Positions 44,903-57,516 of a stretch of DNA of 64,000 nt are shown here, one piece after another. The stretch lies in NCBI GenBank assembly GCA_951406725.2, contig OX597816.1, positions 44,206,001 through 44,270,000 of the forward strand, in the 5' to 3' direction. Numbering within the stretch: position 1 is the stretch's first letter; each line of letters opens with the position of its first letter. The position numbers and the translations under genes were made by a program. Under the pieces are notes generated by a model. The model worked only from the letters and a program-made list of their open reading frames with translations, was not told the origin of the DNA and searched no databases. Source of the DNA: Octopus vulgaris (Eukaryota).

Positions 44903-45657
44903 GTAAGTACGAGAATTACAACAGATATGGTTTCTAGACGGAATGATAAGGAGAACGAGTTATGTTTAAGGACAGTAACAGAAAAATGACCAACAAGGGG
45001 AGTCATGCATATATTTAGAATATCTTTTGACAATGGGACAAAAACAAGACTCACATGCATGTCTGTGTACGCGTTTGTAAATGTGTTTGTAAGCGTATTT
45101 GAATTTATACATACTCACAAGCAATTGTTTAATTTGTCTGTCAACCTTTGCCTGACATCCTTTCCATGTCGATAAAATAAATACCAGTTGAACTTTGAGG
45201 TCGATTTAATCGATTTAAGCACCGCCTCGAAATTACTGGCCTTGTGCCAAATTTTAAAATCAATAACAGCACACTACGTAAAGCGGCGAAATGACAGAAT
45301 CGTTAGCATGTCGGGGGAAAAAAAGGCTTAGCGATATCGACTTCGCCTTCCATCCATTCGTGGTTGATAAATTAAGTACCAGTTGAGTCCTAGGATCGAT
45401 ATAATCAACTTAATTCCCCTCGCAAAATTTTTGGCCGTCTGCCAAAATTTCAAACCAGCATTAGTATAAGAATGTGTCTGTAAATAGGATTTTTTTTCTT
45501 TTCAAGTAGACACGCCTGTCTATTTAGTATTGTACGAAAATACTATATCCTGATAACGTACTGAATCTTCCCTGACTCCCCTAATTAATTTTTATAGACT
45601 ATACCCAGGTGATACCGTTTCTGCTATTTGCATTGTTTGTCTATAATATGAACCCCT

Positions 45658-45890
45658 AAGGCGGCGAGCTGGCAGAAACGTTAGCACGCCGGACGAAATG
45701 CTTAGCCGTATTTCGTCTGCCGTTACGTTCTGAGTTCAAATTCCGCCGAGGTCGACTTTGCCTTTCATCCTTTCGGGGTCGATAAATTAAGTACCAGCTA
45801 CGCACTGGGGTCGATGTAATCGACTTAATCCGTTTGTCTGTCCTTGTTTATCCCCTCTGTGTTTAGCCCCTTGTGGGTAGTAAAGAAATA
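45658..45890 (+). mobile_element. Young SINE-A with 16-bp TSD
   Basis: TSD tataatatgaacccct at 45642-45657 and 45891-45906; A- and B-boxes intact. Confidence 0.95.
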
Positions 45891-46046
45891 TATAATATGA
45901 ACCCCTTATTTCATAATTCTTATTCTACATACATTACTCTTTTTCTGTCTTGTTTTCTTTTTATTTTCATTTTTTGTCCTTGTTTTCTGTTTATCTTTGC
46001 TGTTTTGCTTTATACTGTCATTTTATTTTCTTATTTTCTGTACATA

Positions 46047-46455
46047 GGCGCAGGAGTGGCTGTGTGGTAAGTAGCTTGCTAGCCAACACATAATTCCGGG
46101 TTCAGTTCCACTGCGTGGCATCTTGGGCAAGTGTCTTCTGCTATAGCCCCGGGCCGACCAATGCCTTGTGAGTGGATTTGGTAGACGGAAACAGAAAGAA
46201 GCCTGTCGTATATATGTATATATATATATGTATATGTGTGTGTGTTTGTGTGTCTGTGTTTGTCCCCCTAGCATTGCTTGACAACCGATGCTGGTGTGTT
46301 TACGTCCCCGTCAATTAGCGTTTCGGCAAAAGAGACCGAGAGAATATGTACTGGGCTTACAAAGAATAAGTCCCGGGGTCGATTTGCTCGACTAAAGGCG
46401 GTGCTCCAGCATGGCCGCAGTCAAATGACTGAAACAAGTAAAAGAGTAAAAGAGT
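46047..46455 (+). mobile_element. SINE-B, full length
   Basis: ggcgcaggagtggctgtgtggtaagtagc head through gtaaaagagtaaaagag tail. Confidence 0.9.
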
Positions 46456-46546
46456 AATTCCTATTTTTATTTATATAAACGTTCGTAACCCTTAAATTTT
46501 AATATTCTAATCATTATTGCCTATCACTTGTTGTTTATACGCTCTA

Positions 46547-46757
46547 GGACGGCACGCTGGTAGAATCGCTAGCACGCTGGACGAAATGCTTACCGTTTTT
46601 TTGCCCGTCGCTACGTTCTGAGTCCAAATTCCGCCGAGGTTGATATTGTCTTTCGGGGCCGGTAAAATAAGTACCAGTAAACACCTGGGTCGATTTAATC
46701 GACTAGCCCCCTCCCCCAACAAATTCAGGCCTTGTGCCTATAGTATAAACGATTATT
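46547..46757 (+). mobile_element. SINE-A with alternative tail
   Basis: Same head and body; tail cccctccccc..aattcaggccttgtgcctatagta. Confidence 0.75.
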
Positions 46758-47122
46758 TATACGCTATTATAAAGGTTTTTATATTTCACTGCCGCCACCT
46801 GCTGAAATGGTTTTGTAAAAATCATTGAAACAACAGGAGTAGATGACTTGGAGTATCAACAACATTTTGCTGTAATTTATTCAACGATATAAGGCTCTGT
46901 GTGCTACGTTGCAGCCTGAATATTAATGTATTACTATTCATGCTGTGAATCAAGAAAGGTTCATTGCAATTCGAATATTGAGCTTTAATACGTACTGTAA
47001 CAAGTCGGGTGCTGTATTACATTACTAACTGTACATATACATATACATACACACACATATAAACGCTCATACGACAAGAACACCACAAACACACACGCGC
47101 GTGTATGCGCAGGCACGCCGTG

Positions 47123-47162
<40 letters not shown>

Positions 47163-47165
<3 letters not shown>

Positions 47166-47453
47166 TTATATATAAAAGTGAAGTTGTGTGAGTGTCTGTC
47201 TCCTACGATTTAGATTCCTAACTACTCCCACATTTTGCGGTGCAGTTTCGGGTATCTTATAGTCGTGATTCATATCGAGCCCTTCTGAGTATTAGCGCGC
47301 GTCTACGATGAGTCTACGATTTAAAAAAAAAATTACCATCATTTTTTTTCCACTTTTAATGCATTTTTTTGCTATTATTTGGCTATAACTCTCTAAAAAT
47401 GCTTATATAGTTATTTCCCTTACAAATCCGAGCAACGCCGGGCGATACTGCTA

Positions 47454-47454
<1 letters not shown>
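47163..47454 (+). mobile_element. Non-autonomous Helitron
   Basis: Inserted between A and T in (TA)n; 5' TC, 3' CTAG, subterminal GC hairpin ccgagcaacgccgg. Confidence 0.8.
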
Positions 47455-47491
<37 letters not shown>

Positions 47492-48050
47492 GTGTGTATA
47501 CGTGTCTGTGAGTGTGTATGTCTGTGTATACATGTGCGTTTGTGTGTTTGTCTGTGTGTGTGTGCATGTGTGTGACAGGGAGAAGAATCTGTGAATCTGA
47601 GATAAGATAATACGAATCTACAGATGCAGCGCAATGTCAGATGTTGAAGTGAAATCTAGAAAGTAGGTAAAGAAAAAACCCCAGAAAATAAGGCAGTATT
47701 AGATATAGCGAAATTGTGTGAATGAACAAAGTGTAAATAATTATATTGAAGTAACAAAATAAAAATCGTTAGAATAGAAAGGTGTTAAGGATGAAGAAGA
47801 AAGTGTGATTTATATGATGGAAAGACGATAGTTAATGGGGAGAATAGAAATCCAACTGAACTGGTGAGACTCTACAGTGGAGTCAGAGGGAAAGAGCTGG
47901 TGGGAAATTTAGCATCATTTTTGAAAGTTACAACGCAGTAAATTTTAGGGAAATTATAATAAAATAGATGATTTCAGAAATTGTTGTGAAATTGACAATG
48001 TGGAAAATAGAAATGTTTAAGAAGTGAGAATTAAACGATGTTGAATTATA

Positions 48051-48536
48051 CAGCGTGTACCCCCAAAATGTATACGCACGTTGAATGATCATAAATCAGG
48101 ATTTATTACTCTTTTTACTCTTTTACTTGTTTCAATCATTTGACTGTGGCCATGCTGGAGCACCGCCTTTAGTCGAGCAAATCGACCCCCGGACTTATTC
48201 TTTGTAAGCCTAGTACTTATTCTATTGATCTCTTTTACTGAACCGCTAACACACCAGCATCGGTTGTTCAGCGATGTTGGGGATACAAAAACAGACACAC
48301 AAACATATACACACACGTTAATATATGTATTTTAATACTTTTAATACTTTTGATATATATTTGAAATAATATAAATTAATTAATTTTATGTATTGGCTTA
48401 TGTTTTTCATTGTTTGATTTGCCTAATAGTGGTTTTATCTCTAATTCAATATAATATAATATACTTATACTATAAAATTGGATTTAATCCTAAATCTGAT
48501 TTTTCCCTGTAAGTTTGGATTTATTCCCTAATATTT

Positions 48537-48581
<45 letters not shown>

Positions 48582-49215
48582 TACATATATACGACGGGCT
48601 TCTTTCAGTTTCCGTCTACCAAATCCACTCACAAGGTATTTGTCGGTCCGAGACTATAGTAGAAAACACTTGCCCAAGGTGCCACGCAGTGGGACTGAAC
48701 CCGGAACCATGTGGTTGGTAAGCAAGCTACTTACCACACAACCACTTCTACGCCTATTTTCAAAATTTAATAGAGTCTAATGATAGAATTAAATTTTTTC
48801 ACGTAATCTTTTCAAACTGGTGACTATTCTGCTCCATGCGCTGCCGATAACGCAAAGTAATAGAATCGAAAATATCAGGACATATTTCATTCGATATTTC
48901 TATTCAGTCTCGGTTAACAGCTGCGCTCAATTTATTGACTGTTACTTGTTTATTACCGTAAGCATTTATCTTTCAAGTGCCCCATGAAAAATTGTGTGGT
49001 GTGTGGTCTGGTGAAGGCCGAGGGCATTCTAACGAACCTCTTCATACAATCCGCCGGTTTAGCCCAATCTCGTCAACGAACGCTCTTATATCACTACAGT
49101 ACGGTAGAGTTTCCCATGTTGATCGAAATAGTCTCCACGTCTTCAAAATCCTCTTCAATGCCAGGCATAGCAGATTGTCGCAACAAGTTGGTGGTGCACT
49201 GTCAAAAAAGAATGG
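48051..49215 (-). mobile_element. Tc1/mariner (DD41D/rosa-like) 3' remnant, interrupted by SINE-B
   Basis: PFFFD..IRAFVDE..RGSLECPRPSPDHTP..GHLKDK..HQFE; TIR-like ta|cagcgtgtacccccaaaatgtatac at 48051. Confidence 0.5.
48105..48753 (-). mobile_element. SINE-B with an AT-rich insertion in its central microsatellite
   Basis: Tail at 48105-48315 and head at 48590-48753. Confidence 0.8.
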
Positions 49216-49234
49216 TCTAATTAAATCTCATGAA

Positions 49235-50115
49235 CTATTCTTGACTTGCCTTGAACTCTACATCTTTCTCATCTGGATACCTTTTCTTCACGTCCTCGAA
49301 TAAAGACAACGCTTTCTCTTGAATGATTTCTTGACAAATAGTAGCACACTGACGATTCAACCTAACAACCCAAAGAGAAAGATTTTCCATTTCTCCAAAG
49401 ATTTTGCCTCTTTTCTTATTGATGACAGTGTTCTTCATCCCTGCGGTTTCAGATTTGATATGTGCTAAAATCTTGTCATTATTTACAATCGTCCATATAG
49501 TTATCCGACTCATCCCAAAAGATCGTACAATTGCTACTACTTTTTCACCTTTTTCATGAAGTTTTATTATAGCCAGTTTATCTCCCAGCGTTATAGCATG
49601 ATGCTTAGCACTTTCACTATGAATTTTCTTATGAGCCATGGGGGCAAAAATAAAGTGACAAATAAATGAGGAGGAAAAAGTAGCCGATAAACAGACGTAA
49701 ATAAATCTGAATTCAAAACTATCGCGGGTATCACAAGTGACAATGACACCTAACGGTAGATATTGGAACTAGAGTACAATATGAGCTCCGAGCGACCGAT
49801 AAATAAGAGAACACAGCTGATTTCATGACTTTGTTCACTAAGCTACACTACTTTATGGTGTGTATCTTAACATTTACTGTACGTATTTTAATATGATTTT
49901 ATATGCTTTTATTCTTATTTGTTGTACAGTAACATGGTTATATGTGCTTTTAACGGTTTTCTAGTGATTTTACGATTCCAATATTTGTGGCGGACAGACG
50001 TAATGTCGAGTAAAATGACATAACTTGATTTTTATTTTTCCATATATTATTTTTGAAAACCGAGGTATAATCGAGAACAACTTAAATCGATACGACTTAA
50101 GTTGAGGTATGCCTG
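49235..50115 (-). mobile_element. Tigger/pogo 5' fragment (CENP-B-type HTH domains)
   Basis: TA|caggcatacctc TIR at 50115; ORF 49235-49639 AITLGDKLAIIKLHEKGEKV..IIQEKALSLFEDVKK..FKAS. Confidence 0.85.
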
Positions 50116-50214
50116 TATATATATACACATATATGTATATACATGTATATATATATATTCATACACATATGTATTTATATATATACATATACATACATAT
50201 ATGTGTATGCGTGT

Positions 50215-50537
50215 GTGTGGTTCTCAACCAGGGCGCATATAAGATTATTTGGTGTCCATTCCATGCTACAAAATAGTAAACTGGGGATCCACAATAGTAC
50301 TTTAAGGGCCTCTGAAAATATTTTAGTTTAGATATAGGCATTGCTATGTATTGCAATAAATAGGTTTCATTCTGTAACATTTTACGTAACATTTTAATGT
50401 GTGAAAAGCAAAAGATAAATTTTGAAAGAAGTTTCAATAAAACTCGTCTCTAAACATCGATGGCTATCGATGGCTTTCCACAAGAACAAAATAATAATCA
50501 AACCGATTCATAGATAAAATATGGTTGTGAACTCCTG
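50215..50537. mobile_element. hAT (Charlie-like) MITE
   Basis: Imperfect TIRs gtggttctcaacc / ggttgtgaactcctg. Confidence 0.55.
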
Positions 50538-50749
50538 CTTTAAACGATACCACAGTTCCGTTTAAAGGAATGTCTCGGGATCAATCTGCAGCCGCCGCTA
50601 GCACTCAGTTTTGGCAAACTAGGTTGGAACAATGCAAACTTAAGGGCACTACTCCCAATCCAGAAATCGAACCTATCATCTAACGACCGTGAGCTCGACA
50701 CTCTTACCGCAATACATAAAGATGGAGAGATATATAAAGACAGATAGAG

Positions 50750-51220
50750 ACGTTTGTGTGTCTGTGTTTGTCCCCCCCCCCAACATCGCTTGACAACCGA
50801 TGCTGGTGTGTTTACTTCCCCGTAATTTAGCGGTTCGGCAAAAGAGAGCGATAGAATAAGTACTGGGCTTACAAAAGAATAAGTCCTGGGGTCGATTTGC
50901 TCCACTAAAGGCGTTGCTCCAGCGTGGCCACAGTCAAATGACTGAAACAAGTAAAAGAGTAAAAGAGTGTAAGTGATTATCTTTTTAGCTTCTAACGTTT
51001 ACTTGTTTCAGTCATCAGATTGCGGCTAATCTGGGGCACTCTCTTGAAGAATTTTGAGCGAATGAACCGACCCCAGTACTTTCTTCAAGTTCGTACCTAT
51101 TCCATCAGTCACCCTTGCCGAATAGGAAACACACCAACAACCGTTGTCAAGGTGTGGTAGGAGGCGCACACACACACACACTTATTATATATATATATAT
51201 ACAGACATGGCAGCCGTAAA
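50750..51220. repeat. Copy 1 of a local direct duplication (copy 2 ~53277-54040)
   Basis: Shares private SINE variants and the non-SINE junctions aagagtgtaagtgattatctt and acagacatggcagccgtaaa. Confidence 0.75.
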
Positions 51221-51750
51221 ATAGCGAACTGTAACAGAATAACTCACACAACATTCATGTGACAATATTTTGTTCGAATATCTTATCTTCAATATATATG
51301 ATTTTTTTTTAAAACTTACACTTTTACGCTGATTTCAGCTGGGAATTAATTAGCAAACAGTATACTTACGTAACACAGTAAATCATTATAATATTGGTTA
51401 TATGATCAATAACTGAGATTCTCTGTTAAGTCAAATAATGGATCAATATGTATAATTTGATACGCTTGTATTGCTACAGTATTTTGCCGATCGTGTGTAA
51501 TATCCCCGGTATCAGATTCACCTATGTGAAATGAAGCGCAACAGCTTACTTAGCGAATAAATGGAGAATATTCTTTCATATTTTGTAACAAGCAAGGGGT
51601 TTTTTTTCCTTCTAAAGAACGCAAACAGAATAAAGCATAATTATATTTATATTAAAAATGAAAAGAAAATGTTCAAATTAATGCATTAAACCTCTTCACA
51701 ATTATTCAGTTTTTTTTTCTCTCCCCATTTTGATGGTGAAAGACAAGTAT

Positions 51751-51954
51751 TTAAATTTTACAATAGGATTCAGGAAATAGGTTGTTGTTACTGCTGCTTT
51801 TGCCGCTGCTAGTCATTGTGGTGGTGGTGGTGGTGGTGGTGTTGAGACGTTGATGATGATGATGATGGTGATGATGATGGAGATGGTGATGATGGTGATG
51901 ATGATGATGGTGGTGGTGGTGGTGATGATGATGGTGGTGATGATGATGATGATG

Positions 51955-51988
<34 letters not shown>

Positions 51989-52005
51989 GGTGGTGGTGGT
52001 GGTGG

Positions 52006-52049
<44 letters not shown>

Positions 52050-52197
52050 GTGATGATGATGGAGTTGGTGGTGATGTTTTTGTTTGTTTACTCTCTGAAC
52101 TGGGTTCCGATTGATCAGACCAATGATCAGAACCATTCCAGAGGTGATCGTCCAGATATTTTTCAATAAATTTTTTCTCCCGGACTACATTATCCAA
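51751..52197 (-). CDS. Possible low-complexity exon (poly-Ser/Pro/His/Thr)
   Basis: 148-codon open frame with non-repetitive flanks; starts at TTG and has no clean splice pair. Confidence 0.2.
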
Positions 52198-53097
52198 TAC
52201 TTTTTTTTTTCCCCGAATTTTTTTTTAAACTGGAAGTGTATGATTTCAAAAATATTCTGTTTCCATCTCCAGCCAGCCCAACGACCACGCAGAGAATATC
52301 AATGTTCGTTTATCAAAATGTTCGAAAGAATTCTGCATACTGAGTTATATGTATATTATGGTTTAAGTATTTATATGTTTAAAATAATCTTAATAATTGA
52401 TGGTTTACTGCGGTGTTTCTGTCTCGTTGTGCCACTCTTCAGTCGGAGCTATCTTAGCGATCAGATGTTCACGTTTGAATTGGTCAGAACGTATTATTAA
52501 TCAAGACATATGTTATTGTATGAGTTCTTGCATTTTTGTCTGCGTCTCTTTAATTATATTATCTCTTTGATAGACATTTATACGCACCAAGAAAGTGTTT
52601 GTTTGCCTATTGCTATAAACAAGGGCTCGTGTTCTTGTGAGATTCCACGGTCCGGTGTGATACCTTTGACTGAAGAGAAAGCCCACGAATTCAAAACACT
52701 GTAGGGTTTCAAAGTTTCTCTTACATCGGTAAATAGCGTGTCTGAGCGTATTGAGAATGAACAGATACGTTATCTTCACACAATCTTATTACGGAAAAAG
52801 TTGGAGAGACATTACCTTAGTTATCGTTAATATAACACAGTTTCTAATTATTTAAGTGTGATAACGCAGTGGGGTGTGATATTAAGGATATATAGCTACT
52901 ATTTCTGAGAGCAACTAGGCAGAGGTTTCTTAGCTGTTTTGGTATAAAGGTAAATATATGATAAAATATTTAAAACATTTTGAATTCTGCGTTTATATGA
53001 TTCAAACAATCTTGTTGTGGAAGAAATTTTGAGGGCTATAACATAAATTTTTACTAACCTAATGTTAGCAAATATTATTTGTTATTTGTATAACATA

Positions 53098-53489
53098 GGC
53101 GTAGGAGTGGCTATGTGGTAAATAGCTTGCCAACGAACCACATGGGTCTGGGCCCAGTCCCACTGCGTGGCACCTTGGGCCGAGCAAAGCCTTGTGAGTG
53201 GATTTGGTAGATGGCAACTGAATGAAACCCGTCGTATATACATATGTATGTATGTATGTATGTAGATGCGTGTATACGTTTGTGTGTCTGTGTTTGTCCC
53301 ACCCAACATCGCTTGACAACCGATGCTGGTGTGTTTAAGTCCCCGAAATTTAGCGGTTCGGCAAAAGAGACCGATAGAATAAGTTCTAGACTGACAAAGA
53401 ATAAGTCTTGGGGTCGATTTGCTCCACTAAAGGCGTTGCTCCAGCGTGGCCTCTGTCAAATGACTGAAACAAGTAAAAGAGTAAAAGAG
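53098..53489 (+). mobile_element. SINE-B
   Basis: Homology to other copies. Confidence 0.85.
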
Positions 53490-53959
53490 TGTAAGTGATT
53501 ATCTTCTGATGCGAAACTGACCCTCATTCATAACATAATAATTTTCGCCGTGAACCATATAGCCACGAAGTAGTCTTCATAAACTTTTTAGTGGCTCACA
53601 GCGACATTAGTATATTAAAAAAAAAAAGAAAGATCGCACGTATATTGATCTCAAGTTTTTCACGGTCGTCCTAAGGAATTTATTATATATGGGCTATTTG
53701 GACATGCGTCGGATGGTGGTGTGCCCATTTTCTAACTTATGGTTAGTTATCGGGAGTTTTTAGCTTCTAGCTTTTACTAGTTTCAGTCATCAGATTGCGA
53801 CTATTCTGAGGCACTGTCTTGAAGAATTTTGGGCGACTGAACCGATCCCGGTACTTTCTTCAAGTTCGTACCTATTCCATCAGTCACACTTGCCGAATAG
53901 CTAAGTAACAGGAATGGAAATACACCAACAACCGTTGTCAAGGTGCGGTAGGAGGCGCG

Positions 53960-53992
<33 letters not shown>

Positions 53993-54019
53993 GCGCGCGC
54001 ACAGACTCTTATTATATAT

Positions 54020-54400
54020 ACACAGACATGGCAGCCGTAAATAGGCACCCTTATAACCATTAAAATTTATTTAAATCTGAAATCATACATCCAAATTATT
54101 TATTAATTGTTATAATGTGAATATTTAATGTTTTTTAGACATGCTCTTTGCATTTTTCAGTGTAAAGTCTCTATTAGGCATATTACTGATGACGAATATT
54201 CTCTTGCGGAATTTTTTTGCCAATTTCATGCAGTAATCTCAAAAGATCTGGCTTTGAAGATGTTTTCTTGTTTTTTCTTTTTATGAAGTGTCTTGTCCAT
54301 TATGTCCGAGAGGTGTTCAATAGGGTGACTAGATTGGCCACGGAAGATTTTTAATGTCATTCTCATCCAACAAATCTTGGGTACCATCTTCCATACATAA
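54020..54400 (-). mobile_element. Tc1-like transposon 3' remnant
   Basis: WP..HPIEHLSDIMDKTL..NWQK..ISNMPNR..KNAK resembles NPIEHLW..SMP.R..AKG. Confidence 0.45.
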
Positions 54401-54839
54401 AGAGCTTTCTTTAATCATTTCACCACTGGAGACCGATATAATATGTAGTAGGCTTACAAAGCATAAGTCCTGGTGTCAATTTGCTCGGCTAAAGGCGGTG
54501 CTACAGCTTGGTCGCAGTCAAACGACTGAAACAAATAAAAAAATAAAAGAAAAACATCCATATATATATATATATATATATCTTAACGGCGGCTTCTTCC
54601 AGTTTCTATCTACCAGATCCACTCACAAGACTTTAGTTGGTAGTTGGTCCTAGGCTATAGTAGAAAATACTTGCCCAAGGTAAAGGTACCATGCAACTGG
54701 ACTGAACCCAGAACCATAAAGTATGCCTGCTGATTGGCCTCGGATTTACAGTATTATTTCTGACTTCATTTTGTAAACATCCCACAACGAAGCAATTTTT
54801 CTAGTTTTTATGCTGATTTTTTCCCTTTTTTCCCTGCAG

Positions 54840-55110
54840 AAATAAGAACCAGCCAATGGGTCAACTTGAAATACTTAACGCAAGTATGGTACACTTAACC
54901 AAGCCATACTCGCTCAATATTGGCGACTATCAGTACTTTGTTGTAGAGGAGCATCTTGTTTGCAAGAGGCATTTCATACAACAGTTGATTTTGTTCGATA
55001 TAATTCTTCAGCGATCGGTATTTGAGCGAGTGGTATTTAAGAAGATTATTTATAATCACCTGTTAATCTGCATGCAGCATTCTTCGTTATTTTATCCGCT
55101 TCAACCGTGA
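54840..55110 (+). CDS. Candidate terminal exon, phase-compatible with 44673-44902
   Basis: Strong acceptor gctgattttttcccttttttccctgcag|A followed by 90 codons ending in TGA. Confidence 0.3.
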
Positions 55111-55744
55111 GGGTGCGATTATTCTGGAGCATCATAATGAAAAAACGAAAGGTGTGATTTGACAGAAATTATGTGAAGTAAAATCTGAACGCGTAAAAAT
55201 CTCTTTATGAGCAAAATCGTCATACACACCGCCATTTCTATCATCATCATCAGCAGCATCATCACCATCACCATCACCACCACCACCACCACCTCCACCA
55301 CCACCATCACCACCACCACCATCACCACCACCATCATCACTATTATCATTCTATTATTATTCAGTAGCCTTATTTTTATCTTGGGTCCCACTTTCCATTT
55401 CACAACTGGAGAAGATTGGAAGGACTATTTTCTACAATATGGATACATATTTATCTGTGTTTATGTTTCCCTCACACTTCACCACCTCTGATAAGCCATT
55501 TTTTTCAAATTGCTCCCCAGGCCATTACAGAGTAGCTGCCGTATTTCATTGTTGGCTGAAATCTTTTCACATCAAATTCTTGGTCATAGTCTCCAGACAT
55601 TCACTCGACCACTGTCAGGAAATAGAGCAAATCTGGGTGCTTATGACAATATGACGTGTCCAAAAATGCTAGTATTCTCTCTACCATCTCACTAGTCCAA
55701 ATTTTTTCCTCTTGAGGTTGGCTGGGCGAAGAAATGGGTACATC

Positions 55745-55885
55745 CTGTGGTTTGTTATGGTGTTCTTATTTTCACTGTATTCTAAGTGTTTTACGTAGGA
55801 TGTGTGCGGTGCCTAGTAGCGCTATTTTCTGTATTTTATATATACTTGTATCTCCTAGTGTGTTTTCATATATTTGTCTGAAATA
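55745..55885 (-). mobile_element. Dong/R4 LINE 3' fragment
   Basis: GDTSIYKIQKIALLGTAHILRKTLRIQ*; UTR resembles 1440-1485. Confidence 0.7.
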
Positions 55886-56644
55886 ATATATCGTAAAAGT
55901 CATGAGGAATTGTTGTCGTCCTTTTTGCATGTACTACAAGTATAAATTTACAAATTTATTTTGATAGAACGAGAATTTCTCAGCGCATTCAGAGTGAAAT
56001 GTTCACTGTCATTACAAAATTAAGACTAGCGACTGATATGGTAGTGTGAAGTTTATTGTGGATGTACTCGGAAATGATTATCATTTCAAATGACCTTGAG
56101 TAATTAAAAGCATATTTCTGTAGTTATAAAGAGATACTCCAGATATATATATATATTTAAAACAATACATTCAAAAGAGATACTTCAAGAATTCAATCGC
56201 TACTACCATCCACAACCAATCACTTTCAGGGCACCTGACCATTTAACATCCTACTACTATCATACCACTCCCGCATTCTTTCATTATTCTTTCTTTTCTG
56301 CTTCCTCTTTTTCTTTTCTTCTTCTACTACTACTACTACTACTACTACTACTTTTCTACTCCTCCTCCTCTTCCTCTTCCTCCTCCTTCTTCTCTGCCAA
56401 GAATTCACAACGACATCGAACCCACAAGAGTAAAAAAGAGAGACAGAGACAGATACAAACAAGGAAAATGCCCCCTGTATTTGAATACTATTCAAATATT
56501 CTTTTTAAATACTTTTCATTTAATTTTTACAAAATTTGATTGTTTTCTTTACTTATAGTTGATAAAGTCTCAATGACTGAAACCGGTACTAAAATGTTTC
56601 TAATGATAAAATCATGTTAGCATTATCTCCCTTGACTTATTTTC

Positions 56645-56746
<102 letters not shown>

Positions 56747-57516
56747 CGTGTGTGCGTGTGCGCGTGTGCGTGTGTGTATGTATAATTTGGGGATAGTTAA
56801 CCTTACACCTAAATGTGGTCTACTGAAGTGATGCCTGAAAGTCACTAGCAGAAGGTATAAAAGAAGTTAGAATTGCTTGGCTTTACTGAAATTTTCAACA
56901 TTTGAACACTAATGCAGAGAAAGCCGTCGTGGCCTTAAATTTGAATTAACGTCATATAAAACTCGTTACATTGAAGTAACATTTCAAACCGAGTAAAAGC
57001 GATCAATAACTAGCTCACTAAAGTTTACGGTCTCGAAAATGAAACTATCATTAGGGTAGCTAATGAACTTGAAGAGAGACATGGCATAAAAAGCTGACAT
57101 TGATCTCCTATTCTTTCTCTCTCTTTGCCTCTTACTTTGTTTCTCTCTCCCTCTCTCTTTCTCTCCTTCGTTCTCTACATAAATCATATAAAAAAGCAGA
57201 TTTCATTGAGAAGGGTTTATGTAGGCCCTTCAAGCGGAGAACAGAGATCAAAGAAGACATAAACGCTCCCCTTGTATGCTCTATTTCTTCGTGAAATAAA
57301 AGCATAATATAATATAAAATAAATGCTGCCAAATTATCATGAAGTACCGCTAAATTTATAGCATCTAACTCTAGGTTCAGGCGTAGCTGTGTGGTAAGAA
57401 GATTGCTTCCCAACCACATGGTTCCGTGTTCAGTCCCATTGCGTGTACGTGTATGCATGTGTGTGTGCGTGCAGTCTTTCTGTCTGTGTTTGAACCCTCA
57501 CTTCTACTTGACAACC

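Noticed and set aside
44562-45060. Minus-strand two-TM membrane protein exon
   Set aside because: Needs an assumed frameshift in a T-run and has no recognisable family; kept only as an alternative to the plus-strand model.
45660-45750. tRNA genes at SINE heads
   Set aside because: A/B boxes are present but there is no complete cloverleaf; they continue into SINE bodies with TSDs.
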